From positions 26,722 through 90,721 of the forward strand of contig JAUYHF010000007.1 in the NCBI GenBank assembly GCA_030690165.1: a DNA stretch of 64,000 nucleotides. Reading direction: 5' to 3'. Shown here piece by piece: positions 1-10,467 of this stretch (position 1 is its first letter; every line of letters begins with the position of its first letter). Source of the DNA: Deltaproteobacteria bacterium (lineage in GTDB: Bacteria; Desulfobacterota; GWC2-55-46; UBA9637). Under the pieces are notes generated by a model that was given only the letters and a program-made list of their open reading frames with translations, was not told the DNA's origin and searched no databases. The position numbers were made by a program, and so were the translations under genes.

Positions 1-1903
1 ATGCGCCAAAGTCCATAATCTTTCTTACCTTGCCGAGATATATCTTTCCTACCTCCGCCTCCTGGGTAAGTTCCTTTACCATAGCAATGGCCTTTTGCGC
101 AGCCTCATCATCAGGGGAGGCAATATTTATCTTTCCTGAATCATCTATATCCATTTTTACGCCGGTTTTTTCTATAATGCCTTTAATGTTCTTTCCGCCA
201 GGCCCTATAACATCCCTTATCTTATCCTGTTTAACATAAATGGTGATTATCCTTGGTGCATACTCGGAAAGCTCTGTTCTTGGAGATGATATTGCCTCTT
301 TCATCTTTTTAAGGATATGAAGTCTGCCTTCTTTTGCCTGATATATTGCCTGTCTTAAAATCTCTTTTGTCACGCCTGTTATCTTTATGTCCATCTGAAA
401 CGCAGTGATTCCGCTTTCTGTGCCGGCAACCTTAAAATCCATATCGCCAAGATGGTCTTCGTCACCGAGTATGTCTGAAAGCACAGCTACCTTTTCGCCT
501 TCCTTGATAAGGCCCATTGCAATGCCGGCCACAGAGTCTTTTGTGGGAACACCGGCATCCATCATGGATAGCGATGCGCCGCATACACTTGCCATAGATG
601 ATGAGCCGTTACTCTCCAATATATCTGAGACAATCCGTATTGTGTAAGGAAACGTATCAGCTTCAGGAATGATATTTGCTATAGCCCTCTCTGCCAGTGC
701 GCCATGGCCCACCTCTCTTCTGCCTGGTCCCCTTAGCATTTTCACCTCTCCGACAGAAAAAGGCGGAAAGTTATAATGGAGCATAAATCTCTTATATTCC
801 CATCCGGAGAGGGCATCTATCTTTTGTTCATCCTCTGATGTGCCAAGTGTTGTAACAACCATTGCCTGGGTCTCACCCCTGGTAAAGAGGGCAGAGCCGT
901 GGGTCCTTGGGAGGAGTCCAATCTCGCAGCTTATAGGTCTTATATCAGCAAGTCCTCTGCCATCTATCCTTATATTTTTAGAAATAACAGACTTTCTCAA
1001 TATGTGGTATTTGAGGTCTTCAAATATCTTTACTATCTCATCCTCTCTGCCTTCGTAGGTTGATTTGAGCGCCTCTATCAATTCTTTGGATATGTCGGAC
1101 AACCTCTGATATCTGTCCTGTTTGGAGGGGATATTAAGCGCCTCGCTTATTTTAATATCAGCAAATGTCTGTACCTTTGCTGTCAATCCAGTATCTATGT
1201 TGACAGCAGGAACAGGCATTTTTGGTTTTCCTATTTCCATGATTATTCTTTTCTGGAGTTTTATAACCTCCTGCATGGAATCATGGGCAAACATCATGGC
1301 ATCAAGGAGTACATCCTCTGACACCATCTTTGCACCGCCTTCAACCATTATTATTTCATCCTGGCTGCCGGCTACTATTAAATCGATATCGCTTTCCTTT
1401 TGCTGCTTATATGCAGGGTTGCATATAAGTTTTCCGTTTATCCTGCCTACCCGAACGGCTGCTATTGGGTTATTAAACGGAATATCAGAAACCATAAGCG
1501 CTGCCGAAGCCCCAAGCATTGCCGCTATCTCAGGATCATTTTCCGGATCAAACGAAAGAACTGTTGCAATAACCTGGGTCTCGTTAAAATATCCTTCCGG
1601 GAAAAGAGGCCTGAGGGGCCTATCTATCAATCTGGAACACAGAACCTCTTTTTCGCTTGGCCTGCCCTCTCTTTTAAAAAATCCACCAGGGATACTCCCC
1701 GCAGCGTATCTCATCTCCATGTAATTTACAGTAAGGGGAAGGAAATCTTTGCCTTTGCTTGCCTCTTTTGCCGCACAGGCAGTAACAATAACCGCAGTAT
1801 CCCCGTATCTTACCAAGGCAGAGCCATTTGCCTGCTTAGCCATCTTTCCAATCTCTATTGAGACCGGCCTGCCGCCGAAATCTATTTCATACCTCTTTGT
1901 CAT
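1..1903 (-). CDS. pnp: polynucleotide phosphorylase (PNPase); 3' end runs off the window start
   Basis: Reverse-strand ATG at 1901-1903 opens [38 protein letters not shown]. At the window edge the frame reads ...[52 protein letters not shown] (KH then S1 domain). Directly downstream of rpsO. Absent from the ORF track because no stop lies in the window. Confidence 0.93.
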   Translation of the reverse strand, partial: MTKRYEIDFGGRPVSIEIGKMAKQANGSALVRYGDTAVIVTACAAKEASKGKDFLPLTVNYMEMRYAAGSIPGGFFKREGRPSEKEVLCSRLIDRPLRPLFPEGYFNETQVIATVLSFDPENDPEIAAMLGASAALMVSDIPFNNPIAAVRVGRINGKLICNPAYKQQKESDIDLIVAGSQDEIIMVEGGAKMVSEDVLLDAMMFAHDSMQEVIKLQKRIIMEIGKPKMPVPAVNIDTGLTAKVQTFADIKISEALNIPSKQDRYQRLSDISKELIEALKSTYEGREDEIVKIFEDLKYHILRKSVISKNIRIDGRGLADIRPISCEIGLLPRTHGSALFTRGETQAMVVTTLGTSEDEQKIDALSGWEYKRFMLHYNFPPFSVGEVKMLRGPGRREVGHGALAERAIANIIPEADTFPYTIRIVSDILESNGSSSMASVCGASLSMMDAGVPTKDSVAGIAMGLIKEGEKVAVLSDILGDEDHLGDMDFKVAGTESGITAFQMDIKITGVTKEILRQAIYQAKEGRLHILKKMKEAISSPRTELSEYAPRIITIYVKQDKIRDVIGPGGKNIKGIIEKTGVKMDIDDSGKINIASPDDEAAQKAIAMVKELTQEAEVGKIYLGKVRKIMDFGA

Positions 1904-1925
1904 TTGGTTTCTTCTCTCCTATGCT

Positions 1926-2192
1926 TTATTTTCTTAAGCCTAATTTGTCAACAACAGCCTTATATCTCGTAACATCCTTTCTCTTCAGATATTCAAGCAG
2001 CCTTCTCCTCTGGCCAACCATCTTTAAGAGTCCTCTCCTGGAATGGTGGTCATCCGTATGTACCTTGAAGTGGCCGGTCAGATAGTTTACCCTCTCGGTC
2101 AGCAAGGCAATCTGCACCTCCGGCGAGCCGGTATCTGTTTCTTTTCGCTTGAAGGTCTTTATAACCTCCTGTTTTCTTTCTTGTGTAAGCAT
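1926..2192 (-). CDS. rpsO: 30S ribosomal protein S15
   Basis: 88 aa; [48 protein letters not shown] is the canonical S15 signature. Conserved rpsO-pnp order. Confidence 0.97.
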   Translation of the reverse strand: MLTQERKQEVIKTFKRKETDTGSPEVQIALLTERVNYLTGHFKVHTDDHHSRRGLLKMVGQRRRLLEYLKRKDVTRYKAVVDKLGLRK

Positions 2193-2196
2193 ATTT

Positions 2197-3153
2197 TTAC
2201 CTCCTGTTTTCTAAGCCTGCCCCTGCATGTACTAAGCAGGGGTGAGCCTCACTATTTTTTAACACCCTTTCTAATTTAAATCCCTCCTCGCCTTTATAGG
2301 TGGCAAGGGCAATAATCCGTCCGTTAGCGGTAAATCTTATCATCTCATTATCTCTAATGGAAGGGAAAAAATTTACCCCCGCGCTAAAAGTTTTGGTATT
2401 GGGAGACATGCCATCCATTATTTTATTAGCCGTTATTGTATCAACCTCTATATCAGGTATATTTGAAAAAAGCCTTTCAACAGGGATAATATTATTATGC
2501 AGTATGTCTTCTTGTAAATCTTTGAGGTCATTTATTGAAATACTGTCTTTCAGAGAAAATATCCCGCTTTTCATCCTTCTTAAACTGACAAGATGTGCGC
2601 CGCAGCCAAGTTTTCTCCCTATGTCAAAGGCAAGGCTTCGTATATATGTTCCCCTGGAGCATATCGCATTGATAGTAATAAACGGGAGTGTAATATTTGT
2701 AATACCTATACTGTAAATCTCTACATCACGCGGTTTTCGCTCCACCGTAACACATTGTCTGGCCAGCTTGTAAAGGGGAACACCGTCCATTTTTACAGCA
2801 GAAAACATCGGAGGGATCTGTTTTATTCTGCCTTTGAAATCATTTATAGCCGAAACTATACTTTCTTTAGTAATAGATGTTATATCTCCTTTTGCCACAA
2901 CGACGCCTTCGCTGTCATAGGTGTCGGTTTCTTCCCCAAGTTTTATTGTTGCCAGATATTCCTTTTCTCCCTTTTCTAAAAATCTCGCAAGTTTTGTGGC
3001 TTCATTTATACAAAGGGGCAAAACACCTGTTGCAAGAGGGTCAAGTGTGCCGATGTGCCCCACCTTCCTCGCCCCCAATCGTTTTTTTACCATCGTCACA
3101 ACATCATGCGATGTGGGGCCTGTTGGTTTATCTATTATCAAAACACCTGTCAT
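2197..3153 (-). CDS. truB: tRNA pseudouridine(55) synthase TruB
   Basis: [17 protein letters not shown]...[18 protein letters not shown] catalytic-Asp motif plus a PUA-like C-terminus. Located in the nusA-infB-rbfA-truB cluster. Confidence 0.95.
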   Translation of the reverse strand: MTGVLIIDKPTGPTSHDVVTMVKKRLGARKVGHIGTLDPLATGVLPLCINEATKLARFLEKGEKEYLATIKLGEETDTYDSEGVVVAKGDITSITKESIVSAINDFKGRIKQIPPMFSAVKMDGVPLYKLARQCVTVERKPRDVEIYSIGITNITLPFITINAICSRGTYIRSLAFDIGRKLGCGAHLVSLRRMKSGIFSLKDSISINDLKDLQEDILHNNIIPVERLFSNIPDIEVDTITANKIMDGMSPNTKTFSAGVNFFPSIRDNEMIRFTANGRIIALATYKGEEGFKLERVLKNSEAHPCLVHAGAGLENRR

Positions 3154-4130
3154 ATGGTGACTCTTTCGTATATCCTTTTTTCCGTTGCAGATATGACTTT
3201 TTCTTTTATATCTTTAAGATTGCCTTTTATATTGCATCCTGCCGCATTCATATGGCCGCCGCCGCCGAATTCCATTGAAATTTCGGCGACATCTATTCTG
3301 CCCTTGGATCTCATGCTTATCTTGTATTCCCCTTGTTTTGCCTCTCTTAAAAGGATACCGACTTCGACCCCTTCAATTGTTCTTGCGTAATTTACAAATC
3401 CATCGGCCAATTCCTTGTTTGCGTTAGCCTTATCAAGCATATCAAGGGTAACGACCAGAGAGGCGACCCTTCCATCACTTGTCAGCTCCAATGTATTTAA
3501 TACGGATGCAAGCAGTTTTAGTTTGTTGACAGGAATGCTCTCGTAAACTCTTTGAGATATATCCCAAGGGTCAACGCCAAGCCTAAGCATTTCTCCTGCT
3601 ATACCGAATGTCTTAGGTGTAGTGCAGGAGTATCTGAATGAGCCTGTGTCCGTAAGTATTGAAGTGTATATATTTATTGCTATATCACGGGTTATCGCAA
3701 CCGGTATCTCCTTTAAAAGGTCATAAACCATCTCGCCCGCGGCGCAGGCATCCGGGTCTATGACATTTATATCGCCAAAACAGTCATTTGTGGCATGATG
3801 GTCAATATTGATAACCTTTCCCTTGTTTTTTATCTTGTGAAAATCTTCGCCAAGCCTGTCTTTTTGTCCGCAATCTACAACAAAGACAGCATCATAGATT
3901 TTGTTTTCATCTATTTTGTTTGTGCATTTGTCTGCAAAGGGGAGAAAATTAAAGGTTTTTGGAACAGGGTCATACAAATATGCGGTTACATCCTTTTTAA
4001 GCTCTTTTAATCCCAGAACAAGGGAGAGCAGCGAACCAACTGCATCCCCTTCCGGGTTGACATGAGAAGACACAAGAAAGTTTTCGCCATTTTTAATTTC
4101 GTCTATTACTTCTTCAAATTTCTGAGCCAC
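3150..4130 (-). CDS. nrnA: DHH/DHHA1 phosphoesterase, NrnA-like oligoribonuclease/pAp phosphatase
   Basis: DHH motifs (NIDHHATN) and the DHHA1 GGGGHMNAAG motif. Sits between rbfA and truB. Confidence 0.85.
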   Translation of the reverse strand: MAQKFEEVIDEIKNGENFLVSSHVNPEGDAVGSLLSLVLGLKELKKDVTAYLYDPVPKTFNFLPFADKCTNKIDENKIYDAVFVVDCGQKDRLGEDFHKIKNKGKVINIDHHATNDCFGDINVIDPDACAAGEMVYDLLKEIPVAITRDIAINIYTSILTDTGSFRYSCTTPKTFGIAGEMLRLGVDPWDISQRVYESIPVNKLKLLASVLNTLELTSDGRVASLVVTLDMLDKANANKELADGFVNYARTIEGVEVGILLREAKQGEYKISMRSKGRIDVAEISMEFGGGGHMNAAGCNIKGNLKDIKEKVISATEKRIYERVTI

Positions 4131-4467
4131 TTTTAATCTCCTTTATTATCTTTTCTATACGGCTTGCATATTCCAATGAGTCATCAAATTTAAAGGTTAT
4201 TTCAGGAAAATATCTTAACTTGAGCCGTTTGCCGATTTCCCTCCTCATATAGCCGCTTGCGCTCTGAAGCCCTTCCATTGTTTTTTCTTTTTCCTCATCA
4301 TTTCCTATCATGCTGAAATATACCTTTGCCTGGCGAAGGTCTTTTGAAACCTGCGCCTTCGTTATCGTAACAAAGCCAATCCTTGGGTCATGAATCTCGC
4401 CAAAGAGCATTGTTGCAACCTCTTTTCTTATTTCTTCGGCAATTCTCTCTGAACGGTTGTAAGTCAT
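4114..4467 (-). CDS. rbfA: ribosome-binding factor A
   Basis: 117 aa; RSERIAEEIRKEVATMLFGEIHDPRIGFVTITKAQVSKDLRQAKVYFS is typical RbfA. Downstream of infB. Confidence 0.95.
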   Translation of the reverse strand: MTYNRSERIAEEIRKEVATMLFGEIHDPRIGFVTITKAQVSKDLRQAKVYFSMIGNDEEKEKTMEGLQSASGYMRREIGKRLKLRYFPEITFKFDDSLEYASRIEKIIKEIKSGSEI

Positions 4468-4532
4468 ATTAGCTCATGGCTGATAGCTCATGGCTCATAG
4501 TAACTTGCTATCAGCTATCAGCTATCAACTAA

Positions 4533-6842
4533 TTACAGTTTTCCCGCTACTTCTTCTATCTGATATGCCTCTATAATATCGCCTACCTTGATATCATTAA
4601 ACCCTTCTATGGCAATTCCGCACTCATAGCCTGTTGCAACCTCTTTAACATCATCTTTGAATCTTTTTAAAGAGGCCATTTTACCGTCATATACTACCAC
4701 GTTGTCCCTTAAAAGCCTTACCTTATTTCCTCTCAATATCTTTCCATCAGTAACATAACAACCTGCAACAGTCCCTATCTTTGACACGCGGAAGCTCTCT
4801 CTTACATTTGCCCTTCCAAGTATATTCTCCCTGATTGTAGGCGCAAGCATCCCTTCCATCGCCTTTTTTATGTCATCTATCAATTCATATATAATGCTGT
4901 AAAGCCTTAAATCAACACCCTCTTTTTCTGCAAGCGCCTGGGCCTTGGGTTCAGGTCTGACATTGAAGCCGACTACTATTGCGTTGGATGCAGCCGCAAG
5001 CATTACATCGCCTTCCGTGACGCCTCCGACTGCGTTGTGTATGATATTTACTTTTATGGCATCGGTTGGAAGCTTATTTAATGCCTCCTTGACAGCCTCT
5101 ACCGAGCCCTGAACATCGCCTTTTACAACTATCCCAAGTTCTTTTACTTCACCTATTTTAATCTTTTCATATAACTCTGCAAGGCTTATCTTTGCTGTCT
5201 TTTTAAGTTCTGCCTCCTGCTTCTTTTTAAACCGTATTCCGGCAATCTGCTTTGCGGTTGCCTCATCCCTTACTACGGAAAATACATCGCCAGCCTCAGG
5301 AACGCCTGAAAGCCCAATGACCTCTACAGGCATAGAAGGTCCGGCCTCATCTACTTTTTTCCCCCAGTCGTTTGTCATTGCCCTGACCCTCCCGGAGTGC
5401 ACACCGCTTACAATCGCATCGCCTGTCTTTATGGTTCCTTCATGGACCAGGACTGTGGCAACCGGGCCGCGGCCTTTATCAAGCTTTGCCTCAACAACAG
5501 CGCCTTTGGCAGGTTTTTCTGGATTTGCCTTTAACTCCATTACATAAGCCTTAAGAAGGATGAGTTCCAGAAGCTCTTTAATGCCAATGCCTTTTTTTGC
5601 AGAGACCTCGGCAAATATTGTATCCCCCCCCCAGTCCTCCGGCACAAGGCCGTATTCTGTCAACATCTGTTTTACCCTGCCCGGGTCTGCGCCGGGGAGG
5701 TCAATCTTGTTTATCGCTGCAATTATCGGGACATTGGCAGCCTTGGCATGGTTTATCGCCTCTATGGTTTGAGGCATAACCCCGTCATCTGCCGCCACTA
5801 CCAACACCACCAGATCCGTTATCTTTGCGCCTCTGGCCCTCATTGCTGTGAATGCCTCATGGCCGGGTGTATCAAGGAATGTTATATCGCCTTTTTCAAG
5901 ATGGACATGATATGCGCCTATATGCTGGGTAATGCCTCCTGCCTCGCCGGCAGCCACATTTGTCTTTCTTATGGCGTCCAGAAGAGATGTCTTGCCATGG
6001 TCAACATGGCCCATAACAGTTACAACCGGAGGTCTGATTTTTATCTCGCCTGACGCCTCTGCAATATCCTTCAGAAGCGATTCTTCCTGCGGGGCAATGC
6101 TCTCAACCTCGTACTCAAAATCAGACGCAACCAATGTTGCGGTGTCCACATCTACAAATTGATTTATACTTGCCATTATGCCGAGGTTCATAAGTTTTTT
6201 TATAATATCGCCTGCCTTTATGCCAAGCCTCTGGGACAGGTCTCCAACACTTATGGCATCAGATATCTTTATAACCCTCTTGGCTGCCTTTGGCACAGTT
6301 ATCTCGGTCTTCTTAAGCTCCCTTTCCGTTGACGGCGGCCTTATTTTATAAAACTTTTCCGGCCTTTCAAATTTGCCTCTCTTGCCAAAAGGCCCTTTTC
6401 TTTCATACTGTTTTTTCTTAGCAGGCCTTTGTGCAGCAACAATTTTTATCTCTTTTTTAACATGCTTTTCTTCAGGTATTTTCTCTATTGATATTATAGG
6501 CGCGATGTGGGTTAGTTTAGATTCCGCTGAAGGAATTTCCGTTTTGGCAGGGGGAGTAGCCTTTTCTTCCTTTTCTATAATTACAGCGGTAGACGCCTTT
6601 TCTTTCTCTTCTATCCGCGTAACAGGCTTTCTACCAGTCTTTTTCCCTTTAACGGTCTTTTCCCCTTTAACAGGTTTTTTTACTTGTTCTGATATCTGAA
6701 CCTCTAACTTTTTTGCCGTTTCCTTTATTGCCTCTTCTGCCTTTTTGGCAGATACTTCTCTTTCTGTCTCTGTAGGCCCCACAGCCCTCCTCCGGATAAC
6801 AGTAGGTTTTACACGTTTTTCTTCTATTTTTTTATCTGCCAT
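4533..6842 (-). CDS. infB: translation initiation factor IF-2
   Basis: 769 aa; G-domain [24 protein letters not shown]; Lys/Glu-rich N-terminal extension. Confidence 0.98.
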   Translation of the reverse strand: MADKKIEEKRVKPTVIRRRAVGPTETEREVSAKKAEEAIKETAKKLEVQISEQVKKPVKGEKTVKGKKTGRKPVTRIEEKEKASTAVIIEKEEKATPPAKTEIPSAESKLTHIAPIISIEKIPEEKHVKKEIKIVAAQRPAKKKQYERKGPFGKRGKFERPEKFYKIRPPSTERELKKTEITVPKAAKRVIKISDAISVGDLSQRLGIKAGDIIKKLMNLGIMASINQFVDVDTATLVASDFEYEVESIAPQEESLLKDIAEASGEIKIRPPVVTVMGHVDHGKTSLLDAIRKTNVAAGEAGGITQHIGAYHVHLEKGDITFLDTPGHEAFTAMRARGAKITDLVVLVVAADDGVMPQTIEAINHAKAANVPIIAAINKIDLPGADPGRVKQMLTEYGLVPEDWGGDTIFAEVSAKKGIGIKELLELILLKAYVMELKANPEKPAKGAVVEAKLDKGRGPVATVLVHEGTIKTGDAIVSGVHSGRVRAMTNDWGKKVDEAGPSMPVEVIGLSGVPEAGDVFSVVRDEATAKQIAGIRFKKKQEAELKKTAKISLAELYEKIKIGEVKELGIVVKGDVQGSVEAVKEALNKLPTDAIKVNIIHNAVGGVTEGDVMLAAASNAIVVGFNVRPEPKAQALAEKEGVDLRLYSIIYELIDDIKKAMEGMLAPTIRENILGRANVRESFRVSKIGTVAGCYVTDGKILRGNKVRLLRDNVVVYDGKMASLKRFKDDVKEVATGYECGIAIEGFNDIKVGDIIEAYQIEEVAGKL

Positions 6843-6887
6843 TATTTTTTATTCACCCCTTGATTAACTGTAAACTGTAAAGAACCA

Positions 6888-8189
6888 CTACCGCTTAATG
6901 TATTCCCGCGCTGCCTCCAATATTTTTTCAGCCTTTTTAAGAGCAATACCCTCTATAGTTGAAAGCCGTTCTATTCCTGCATTAATTATATCAGCTACAG
7001 TATTTATCCCTGCGCTTTTAAGCGCATCTCTTGTTTTAGGCCCGATACCCGGCAGGGAAGATACATCTTCATCCTCTGCCTTCTTAATTTCTTCTTCGCT
7101 TTGTATTACTCTCATGGCTTCAGCGCCCTCTATAACCGCCTGCGACTGCGTAATCTTCTTTGCCTCTGTTTCACTGCGGATGTCTAACTTCCAGCCTGTA
7201 AGTTTAGCAGCAAGTCTTACATTCTGTCCCCTCTTGCCTATGGCCAGAGAAAGCTGGTCGTCAGGCGCTATAACCTCCATTGAATGGTCTGTTTCATCCA
7301 TAATAACCCGGACTATCTGCGCTGGTAAAAGCGCATTGCATATAAATTTTGCAGATTCATCTGACCACGGAACTATGTCAATCTTCTCACCCCTTAACTC
7401 CTGGACAACCGCCTGAACCCTTGAACCCTTAACCCCAACGCATGCGCCCACAGGATCAACTGCCTGATCATTTGATGATACGGCTATTTTTGTCCTGTCT
7501 CCAGGTTCTCTTGCAATGCCTTTAATGTTAATAATCCCTTCGTATATTTCAGGCACCTCCATCTCAAAAAGTTTAGCTACAAGATTTGGATGCGTCCGTG
7601 AAAGGACAATCTGCGCCCCTTTTTGAACATCTCTGACATCAATTATCAATGCCCTTACCCTGTCGCCCTGACGATAGTTTTCTCTTTTGACCTGCTCATC
7701 CCTTGGAAGAACAGCCTCTGCCCTTCCCATATCCACAATAATATCGCCCCTTTCAAAGGTATGTACTATCCCTGTTACAATCTCACCTTTTTTATTTATA
7801 TATTCGTTATACACAATATTTCTTTCAGCCTCTCTCATCTTCTGAATTATAATCTGTTTTGCGGTCTGGGCCGCAATCCTGCCGAACTCGGCGGTGTCAA
7901 GTTTGATGCCAAGACTATCGCCCAGAGCCGCCTCCGGGTCAAGCTCATTGGCCTCGGCAAGCAATACCTCTTGATCAGAGTTGGTTATATCCGTTACAAC
8001 AGTTTTAAACTGAAACAATTCTATCTCGCCCAGTTCCTCGTTAAAGTGCGCTTCTATAACCTTATTCGGGCCGTGTTTCTTTTCAGCCGCCTTAACCATG
8101 GCAGATTCAAGGGCATCAATGAGTATGGCTTTATCAAGCCCTTTATCCTTGCCTACCTGTTCAATTACATTATTAAGATTAAGTCCCAT
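6888..8189 (-). CDS. nusA: transcription termination/antitermination factor NusA
   Basis: 433 aa; S1 and two KH regions (LSLAIGKRGQNVRLAAKLTGWKLDI) and a C-terminal HhH tail. Confidence 0.97.
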   Translation of the reverse strand: MGLNLNNVIEQVGKDKGLDKAILIDALESAMVKAAEKKHGPNKVIEAHFNEELGEIELFQFKTVVTDITNSDQEVLLAEANELDPEAALGDSLGIKLDTAEFGRIAAQTAKQIIIQKMREAERNIVYNEYINKKGEIVTGIVHTFERGDIIVDMGRAEAVLPRDEQVKRENYRQGDRVRALIIDVRDVQKGAQIVLSRTHPNLVAKLFEMEVPEIYEGIINIKGIAREPGDRTKIAVSSNDQAVDPVGACVGVKGSRVQAVVQELRGEKIDIVPWSDESAKFICNALLPAQIVRVIMDETDHSMEVIAPDDQLSLAIGKRGQNVRLAAKLTGWKLDIRSETEAKKITQSQAVIEGAEAMRVIQSEEEIKKAEDEDVSSLPGIGPKTRDALKSAGINTVADIINAGIERLSTIEGIALKKAEKILEAAREYIKR

Positions 8190-8210
8190 ATTTACAACCC
8201 CCGTAACATA

Positions 8211-8690
8211 CTACATATATTCAAGCTTTGCCTTTTTAATATCATTAAATGGTATCTCCCATTTTTTGCCTTCACTGTCTACCAGTAAAACCATTCCTTC
8301 TTTAAAATCATCCAATACTGCCGAGAAGTTCCTCCTGCCGGATATCGGCTGCTTTGTTTTTATCTTTACTTTTTTTCCTTTACATTTCAGAAAATCATTT
8401 TCCCTTGTTAATACCCTGTCAAGGCCGGGAGAGGAGACCTCAAGATTATAGGCATGGGGGACGATATTCTTTACATCCAATATTGTTCCAAGTTCTCCAC
8501 TTACATCACCGCAGTCATCAACCGTTATCCCTTCAGATTTATCTATAAAAAGCCTTAGAACCCATCGGCCATATTCCATTTTGTATTCAACATCAATGAG
8601 TTCCATTCCTTTTTGGGCAAGAACAGGTTCTGCCAACTCCTTCACCTGCGCTATTATATCTTCCCCCTTTAAAAGAGGCGTCACGCTCAA
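8211..8690 (-). CDS. rimP: ribosome maturation factor RimP
   Basis: 159 aa; LELIDVEY...WVLRLFIDK...VSSPGLDRVL is the RimP pattern. First gene of the rimP-nusA-infB operon. Confidence 0.92.
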   Translation of the reverse strand: MSVTPLLKGEDIIAQVKELAEPVLAQKGMELIDVEYKMEYGRWVLRLFIDKSEGITVDDCGDVSGELGTILDVKNIVPHAYNLEVSSPGLDRVLTRENDFLKCKGKKVKIKTKQPISGRRNFSAVLDDFKEGMVLLVDSEGKKWEIPFNDIKKAKLEYM

Positions 8691-8824
8691 AGACCTCCAA
8701 AAGATAAACCTTAAAATAAAAAAGCGGGCATAGGCCCACTTTCAAGAAGTGAATAACATAAATATTTTTGTTTTGCAAGTGAAAAATGTCGGCTTTTTGC
8801 TTTTCCCCCCTGAAAATTTTTCCC

Positions 8825-8853
8825 TTGACATTCTACATAAAGTAGAATATCTT
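8825..8853 (+). promoter_or_regulatory. sigma70-like promoter whose 17-nt spacer is a perfect palindrome (candidate BlaI-family operator 1)
   Basis: TTGACA (8825-8830), then 17 nt TTCTAC-ATAAA-GTAGAA (8831-8847), then TATCTT (8848-8853). The ATG at 8861 lies about 7 nt after the -10. Confidence 0.55.
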
Positions 8854-8860
8854 GGAGGAC

Positions 8861-9295
8861 ATGATAAAGGGATTTGCAAATATTTTCAGGCCGACCAGAA
8901 AAGGCCTTGGCCGCGCACTGGGCGATCTTGAAAAAGATATTATGGATATACTCTGGCAGAAGGGCGGGGTTACGGGCAAAGAGGCGCTTGAGGAAATAAG
9001 CCGTTCAAAGAAAGCGGCAATTACAACGGTTCTTACTGTGCTTGACAGGCTCGTCAAAAAAGGGATTGTAAAAAAGGCAAAGGGCGAGAGTGTTTATATA
9101 TACACCCCTGCATTGACAAAAGATGAGTTTACAGATATGGTTTCTCAGGCGGTAATGAGGGGTGTTTTGGATATATCCGCAAGCTCTGCTGTTGCCTCAT
9201 TTGTGGATGTCCTCGCAAAGACAGACCCGAAGGAATTAGACAGGCTTTCAAGACTTATAGAAAAGAAGAAAAAGGAATTAGGAAGGGGAAATTAA
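8861..9295 (+). CDS. BlaI/MecI/CopY-family winged-helix repressor
   Basis: LGDLEKDIMDILWQKGGVTGKEALEEIS...ITTVLTVLDRLVKKGIVKK...YIYTP matches the penicillinase-repressor fold pattern. The ORF track starts at TTG 8852; ATG 8861 is preferred. Confidence 0.85.
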   Translation: MIKGFANIFRPTRKGLGRALGDLEKDIMDILWQKGGVTGKEALEEISRSKKAAITTVLTVLDRLVKKGIVKKAKGESVYIYTPALTKDEFTDMVSQAVMRGVLDISASSAVASFVDVLAKTDPKELDRLSRLIEKKKKELGRGN

Positions 9296-10201
9296 GTGAT
9301 GGTTTTATTTATCACTATTATTTTTTTTATTCTAACTGCGGCATGGTTTTCCTACGGCTTCCCGCGGCTGATTTCATTCACAGAGGTTTTGGCAGAGTGG
9401 TGCCAGAGTCTGTTCCTTCAGTGTCTTGAGTATTTTTTAATTATAAAGACATTCTTTCTTTGGTTTGGTTTTATTGTTTTGTCTGCGTGGTTTGCTTACG
9501 CTGTTTTTAAAGCCTTTTTTACATTACTTAAGGCAGCCAGGCAGATTAAGAAACTTCCTTTATCTTGTCACGGCGATATTACAGTCATAAAGGATGATAA
9601 ACTAAAGACGGCGTTTACCCACGGTCTTTTCCAGCCTAAAATATATATATCTGCTGGGCTTATAAATTCCCTTGATAAATCAGAACTTAAGGCGGTCTAT
9701 CTGCATGAACTTCACCATAAGAACAGGAAAGACCCGCTTCGTTTCTTTATTCTATCAATTGCAAAAGATACATTCTTTTATATACCGGTAAAAGGATTTA
9801 TTGAAAGAATTATTCGCACAAGGATTGAGGCTAAGGCCGATGATGCGGCAGTGATGGAGATGAAAGAGCCGTTAAGCCTTGCAGCAGCCCTTTTAAAGAT
9901 TGCAGGATTTAATAAGAATATGCTCATGTTTCAGCCCGCGTCAATTACGGGGATTGGTTCTGTAGAGAACAGGATAAAGAGGCTTGTTGAAGGAAAGGGG
10001 GAGAAGATTAAACTCCCGTCAGCGAAGGCAATTGCAACGAGCATTTTTATATCAGGTTTCTTAATGCTGTCCCTCGCGTTTCCATTGTTTGCGTCTTTTC
10101 CTGCACATGGCCGATGCGATATGGAGCATTGCGATGTCCATAAGATTAAACTTGGAAAGGGCTGTCATAACCATTGCGAGGTTCAGGAACACAAACACTA
10201 A
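9296..10201 (+). CDS. BlaR1/MecR1-like M56 membrane metallopeptidase with Cys/His-rich C-terminal tail
   Basis: Several TM helices, HExxH site (YLHELHHKNRKDP). The tail is HGRCDMEHCDVHKIKLGKGCHNHCEVQEHKH. Translationally coupled to the blaI-like gene (TAA-GTG-ATG). Confidence 0.8.
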   Translation: MMVLFITIIFFILTAAWFSYGFPRLISFTEVLAEWCQSLFLQCLEYFLIIKTFFLWFGFIVLSAWFAYAVFKAFFTLLKAARQIKKLPLSCHGDITVIKDDKLKTAFTHGLFQPKIYISAGLINSLDKSELKAVYLHELHHKNRKDPLRFFILSIAKDTFFYIPVKGFIERIIRTRIEAKADDAAVMEMKEPLSLAAALLKIAGFNKNMLMFQPASITGIGSVENRIKRLVEGKGEKIKLPSAKAIATSIFISGFLMLSLAFPLFASFPAHGRCDMEHCDVHKIKLGKGCHNHCEVQEHKH

Positions 10202-10227
10202 TGCGTAAATTTTTTTTGGGCGATTTA

Positions 10228-10244
10228 TTCTACAATGCGTAGAA
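10228..10244. promoter_or_regulatory. second copy of the TTCTAC-N5-GTAGAA palindrome (candidate BlaI-family operator 2), upstream of cusC
   Basis: TTCTAC-AATGC-GTAGAA has the same 6-bp arms and 5-bp spacer as 8831-8847. Lies in the blaR1-cusC intergenic region. Confidence 0.5.
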
Positions 10245-10355
10245 GTATTGGATATGCGCAGCATAAGTGATATACGCGCTTTGGAAGCGCCGTTGACCCT
10301 TATGAAAGTATTTTAAGTTTTGCTTTATGGTGAACGTTAAAAATAAATAGACATC

Positions 10356-10416
10356 GTAGCTCAAGGCTTTAGCCTTGAAAGCCTTGAGAAACCTCAAACC
10401 TGAAGGTTTGAGCTAC
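10356..10416 (+). other. 61-nt nested or alternative hairpin element in the cusC 5' region
   Basis: Sequence GTAGCTCAAGGCTTTAGCCTTGAAAGCCTTGAGAAACCTCAAACCTGAAGGTTTGAGCTAC. Outer arms GTAGCTCAA/TTGAGCTAC; inner arms CTCAAGGCT/AGCCTTGAG and CTCAAACC/GGTTTGAG compete for the same bases. Confidence 0.4.
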
Positions 10417-10467
10417 AGAAGAATGTCAACTTATTTATGCCGTTTGCTTTAATTATGGAGTGAAGTT

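Noticed and set aside
30-1937. Series of plus-strand ORFs (69-200 aa) at the window start
   Set aside because: All are antisense to the pnp reading frame, which translates into an unmistakable PNPase from ATG 1903 to the window edge.
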